41,785 nt of DNA from Candidatus Hydrogenedentota bacterium. Lineage in GTDB: Bacteria; Hydrogenedentota; Hydrogenedentia; Hydrogenedentales; CAITNO01. The DNA lies in contig CAIJOU010000953.1 of the NCBI GenBank assembly GCA_903822375.1, positions 1 to 41,785 on the forward strand, given 5' to 3'. The translations under genes and the position numbers were made by a program. Shown here piece by piece: positions 40,627 through 41,785 of the stretch. The notes under the pieces are model-generated. The model was not told where the DNA came from, made no database searches, and saw only the letters and a program-made list of their open reading frames with translations. Position 1 is the first letter of the stretch. The number at the start of each line of letters is the position of its first letter.

Positions 40627-41785
40627 ATGAGCGACAGAGAGACGCGCAAGAAACGCCACCATGAGACCGCGCTTAAGCCGCCCGCGTTGTCGATTCTGTC
40701 CGACCTCCCCCTGGACCAGGAGGAAGCCCACCGAGACACCTTCGAACTCGACTTCCGGCTCGGTCCGGTCTACGACATCCTGCGCCATCCAAACACCAAA
40801 CTCCCCATGGCCGTCGCCATCCACGGTGACTGGGGCTCGGGCAAGACCAGCGCCATGCGCTGGCTTGACGCCAGGCTGGCCATATGGAACAAAGAGGGCG
40901 AGGCGAACGACAAGATATCCGTAAAGACCGTCTGGTTCTATCCGTGGAAATACCATTGCAAGGAGGACGTGTGGCGCGGTCTGATTTCGGAAGTGATCAT
41001 CAAGAGCATCAACGTGGACGGCGCGACGTTCAAAGACGTGACGAACGCCGCCAAGCGCTTCGGCGCCTTCCTTGGGCGCAGTTTCGTGCATGCACTGGCC
41101 AATATTAAGCTGAAGGCAGGCGTCAAAACGCCGGACGGCACGGCTACGGTTGATGGCGAGCTTAGCCTTTCCGCCATAAAACAAATCCTCGACGAGTACC
41201 GTGAGGTAAACCACCCTGAAAAGGCGTTTCTCAACGAGTTTGAGGCGACGCTGAAATCCTGGCTGCAGCAGACCCTCGGCGCCAAAGAGCGCATGGTCAT
41301 CTTCATCGACGACCTGGACCGTTGCCTGCCCGATGTCACGCTGGAGGTGCTTGAGGCGCTCAAGCTCTATCTCAATATCGACAAGCTCATCTTCGTGGTG
41401 GGTATTGACCGGACGGTCGTTGATCAACTCGTCCGGGAGTATTACAGGAAACATGGGCTTGAGATGAAAAAGGGTGCCCAGTACCTCGCCAAGATGTTTC
41501 AGGCCGAAGTGCCGGTGGAACCCTCCGAACGGCAGACGTCCGCATATCTGGCCGAACAGCTTGATGAGATTCCCGTGTGGACGAAAGAATTGTCCCCTGA
41601 GCAAAAGACGGTATTTGAAGGCGCCGTCCTTGGGCTTGCCGACGGCAATCCGCGCGAGGTGAAGCGGCTTATCAACAGCGCGCTGGTCTTTGGCGCGGGA
41701 GCTCTCATGGGGTCCGAGGGTGCTAAAGACAAAAAGGACAAGGTCACCTTTGCCCAGGGGCTCCAGTTCTTCTTTGTTCGCGAGA
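40627..41785 (+). CDS. KAP-family P-loop NTPase (3' end beyond the window)
   Basis: Not in the supplied track because the frame is open to the window end. ATG 40627 is the first start after an in-frame TAA at 40600, with GGGAGAG upstream. My translation shows Walker A AIHGDWGSGKTS, then FYPWKY, Walker B MVIFIDDLDRC, LIFVVGIDR, and the family-typical GNPREVKRLINS. 386 codons without a stop. Confidence 0.85.
   Translation, partial: MSDRETRKKRHHETALKPPALSILSDLPLDQEEAHRDTFELDFRLGPVYDILRHPNTKLPMAVAIHGDWGSGKTSAMRWLDARLAIWNKEGEANDKISVKTVWFYPWKYHCKEDVWRGLISEVIIKSINVDGATFKDVTNAAKRFGAFLGRSFVHALANIKLKAGVKTPDGTATVDGELSLSAIKQILDEYREVNHPEKAFLNEFEATLKSWLQQTLGAKERMVIFIDDLDRCLPDVTLEVLEALKLYLNIDKLIFVVGIDRTVVDQLVREYYRKHGLEMKKGAQYLAKMFQAEVPVEPSERQTSAYLAEQLDEIPVWTKELSPEQKTVFEGAVLGLADGNPREVKRLINSALVFGAGALMGSEGAKDKKDKVTFAQGLQFFFVRE

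Noticed and set aside
40591-41604. 337-aa minus-strand ORF from the track
   Set aside because: It is antisense to the motif-rich KAP NTPase frame (Walker A, Walker B, GNPREVKRLIN). Its own translation is Arg/Leu/Gly/Val-rich with no recognisable motif, so it is a high-GC shadow ORF.
1-41785. Search for tRNA, rRNA, CRISPR, integrase/transposase and prophage signatures
   Set aside because: No cloverleaf-compatible intergenic segment, rRNA-like conserved block, repeat-spacer array or recombinase motif set (DDE, tyrosine or serine recombinase) was seen in any frame. The absence is by eye only; tRNAscan-SE, Infernal and ISEScan should confirm it.

Overview
GC-rich 41.8-kb bacterial chromosomal segment, densely coding on both strands. 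I can support 23 protein-coding genes, one decayed gene remnant, three hairpin terminators and three families of short palindromic intergenic repeats. One of the genes, a KAP-family P-loop NTPase at the right edge, is missing from the supplied ORF track because it runs off the window. I recognised no rRNA, tRNA, CRISPR array, transposase or integrase. Layout: (i) 0.2-9.1 kb: PocR/PAS hybrid histidine kinase, OMP-like protein, PKD+FGE-sulfatase lipoprotein plus a truncated paralogue, amidohydrolase-fold protein, thiolase. (ii) 9.3-19.7 kb: an atypical pilin-like membrane protein, a 520-bp repeat-rich non-coding gap, then a glycan-degradation block (GH42-like enzyme with CBMs, two paralogous beta-propeller hydrolase-like proteins, sugar-phosphate isomerase/epimerase). 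(iii) 20.2-26.8 kb: a single 2,189-aa envelope protein that is a signal peptide followed by 32 tandem PASTA domains. (iv) 27.0-34.4 kb: a B12-binding radical SAM gene divergent from a translationally coupled ABC ATPase / ABC-2 permease / FG-GAP / FG-GAP operon, followed by a membrane-anchored Hsp20. (v) 34.5-36.8 kb: amino-acid ABC importer (fused binding-protein/permease plus ATPase). (vi) 37.1-40.5 kb: GT39-like membrane glycosyltransferase with a C-terminal CBM-like domain, and a BNR/sialidase-like protein. (vii) the partial KAP NTPase. Lipobox-like signal peptides, an OMP-like barrel and the CAZyme/sulfatase-maturase content suggest a diderm environmental heterotroph; a PVC-like lineage is only a guess. 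The best candidates for undescribed biology are the PASTA-only giant protein and the adjacent radical-SAM / ABC-2 / FG-GAP / anchored-sHSP cluster. All homology statements come from motif recognition by eye, not from database searches.
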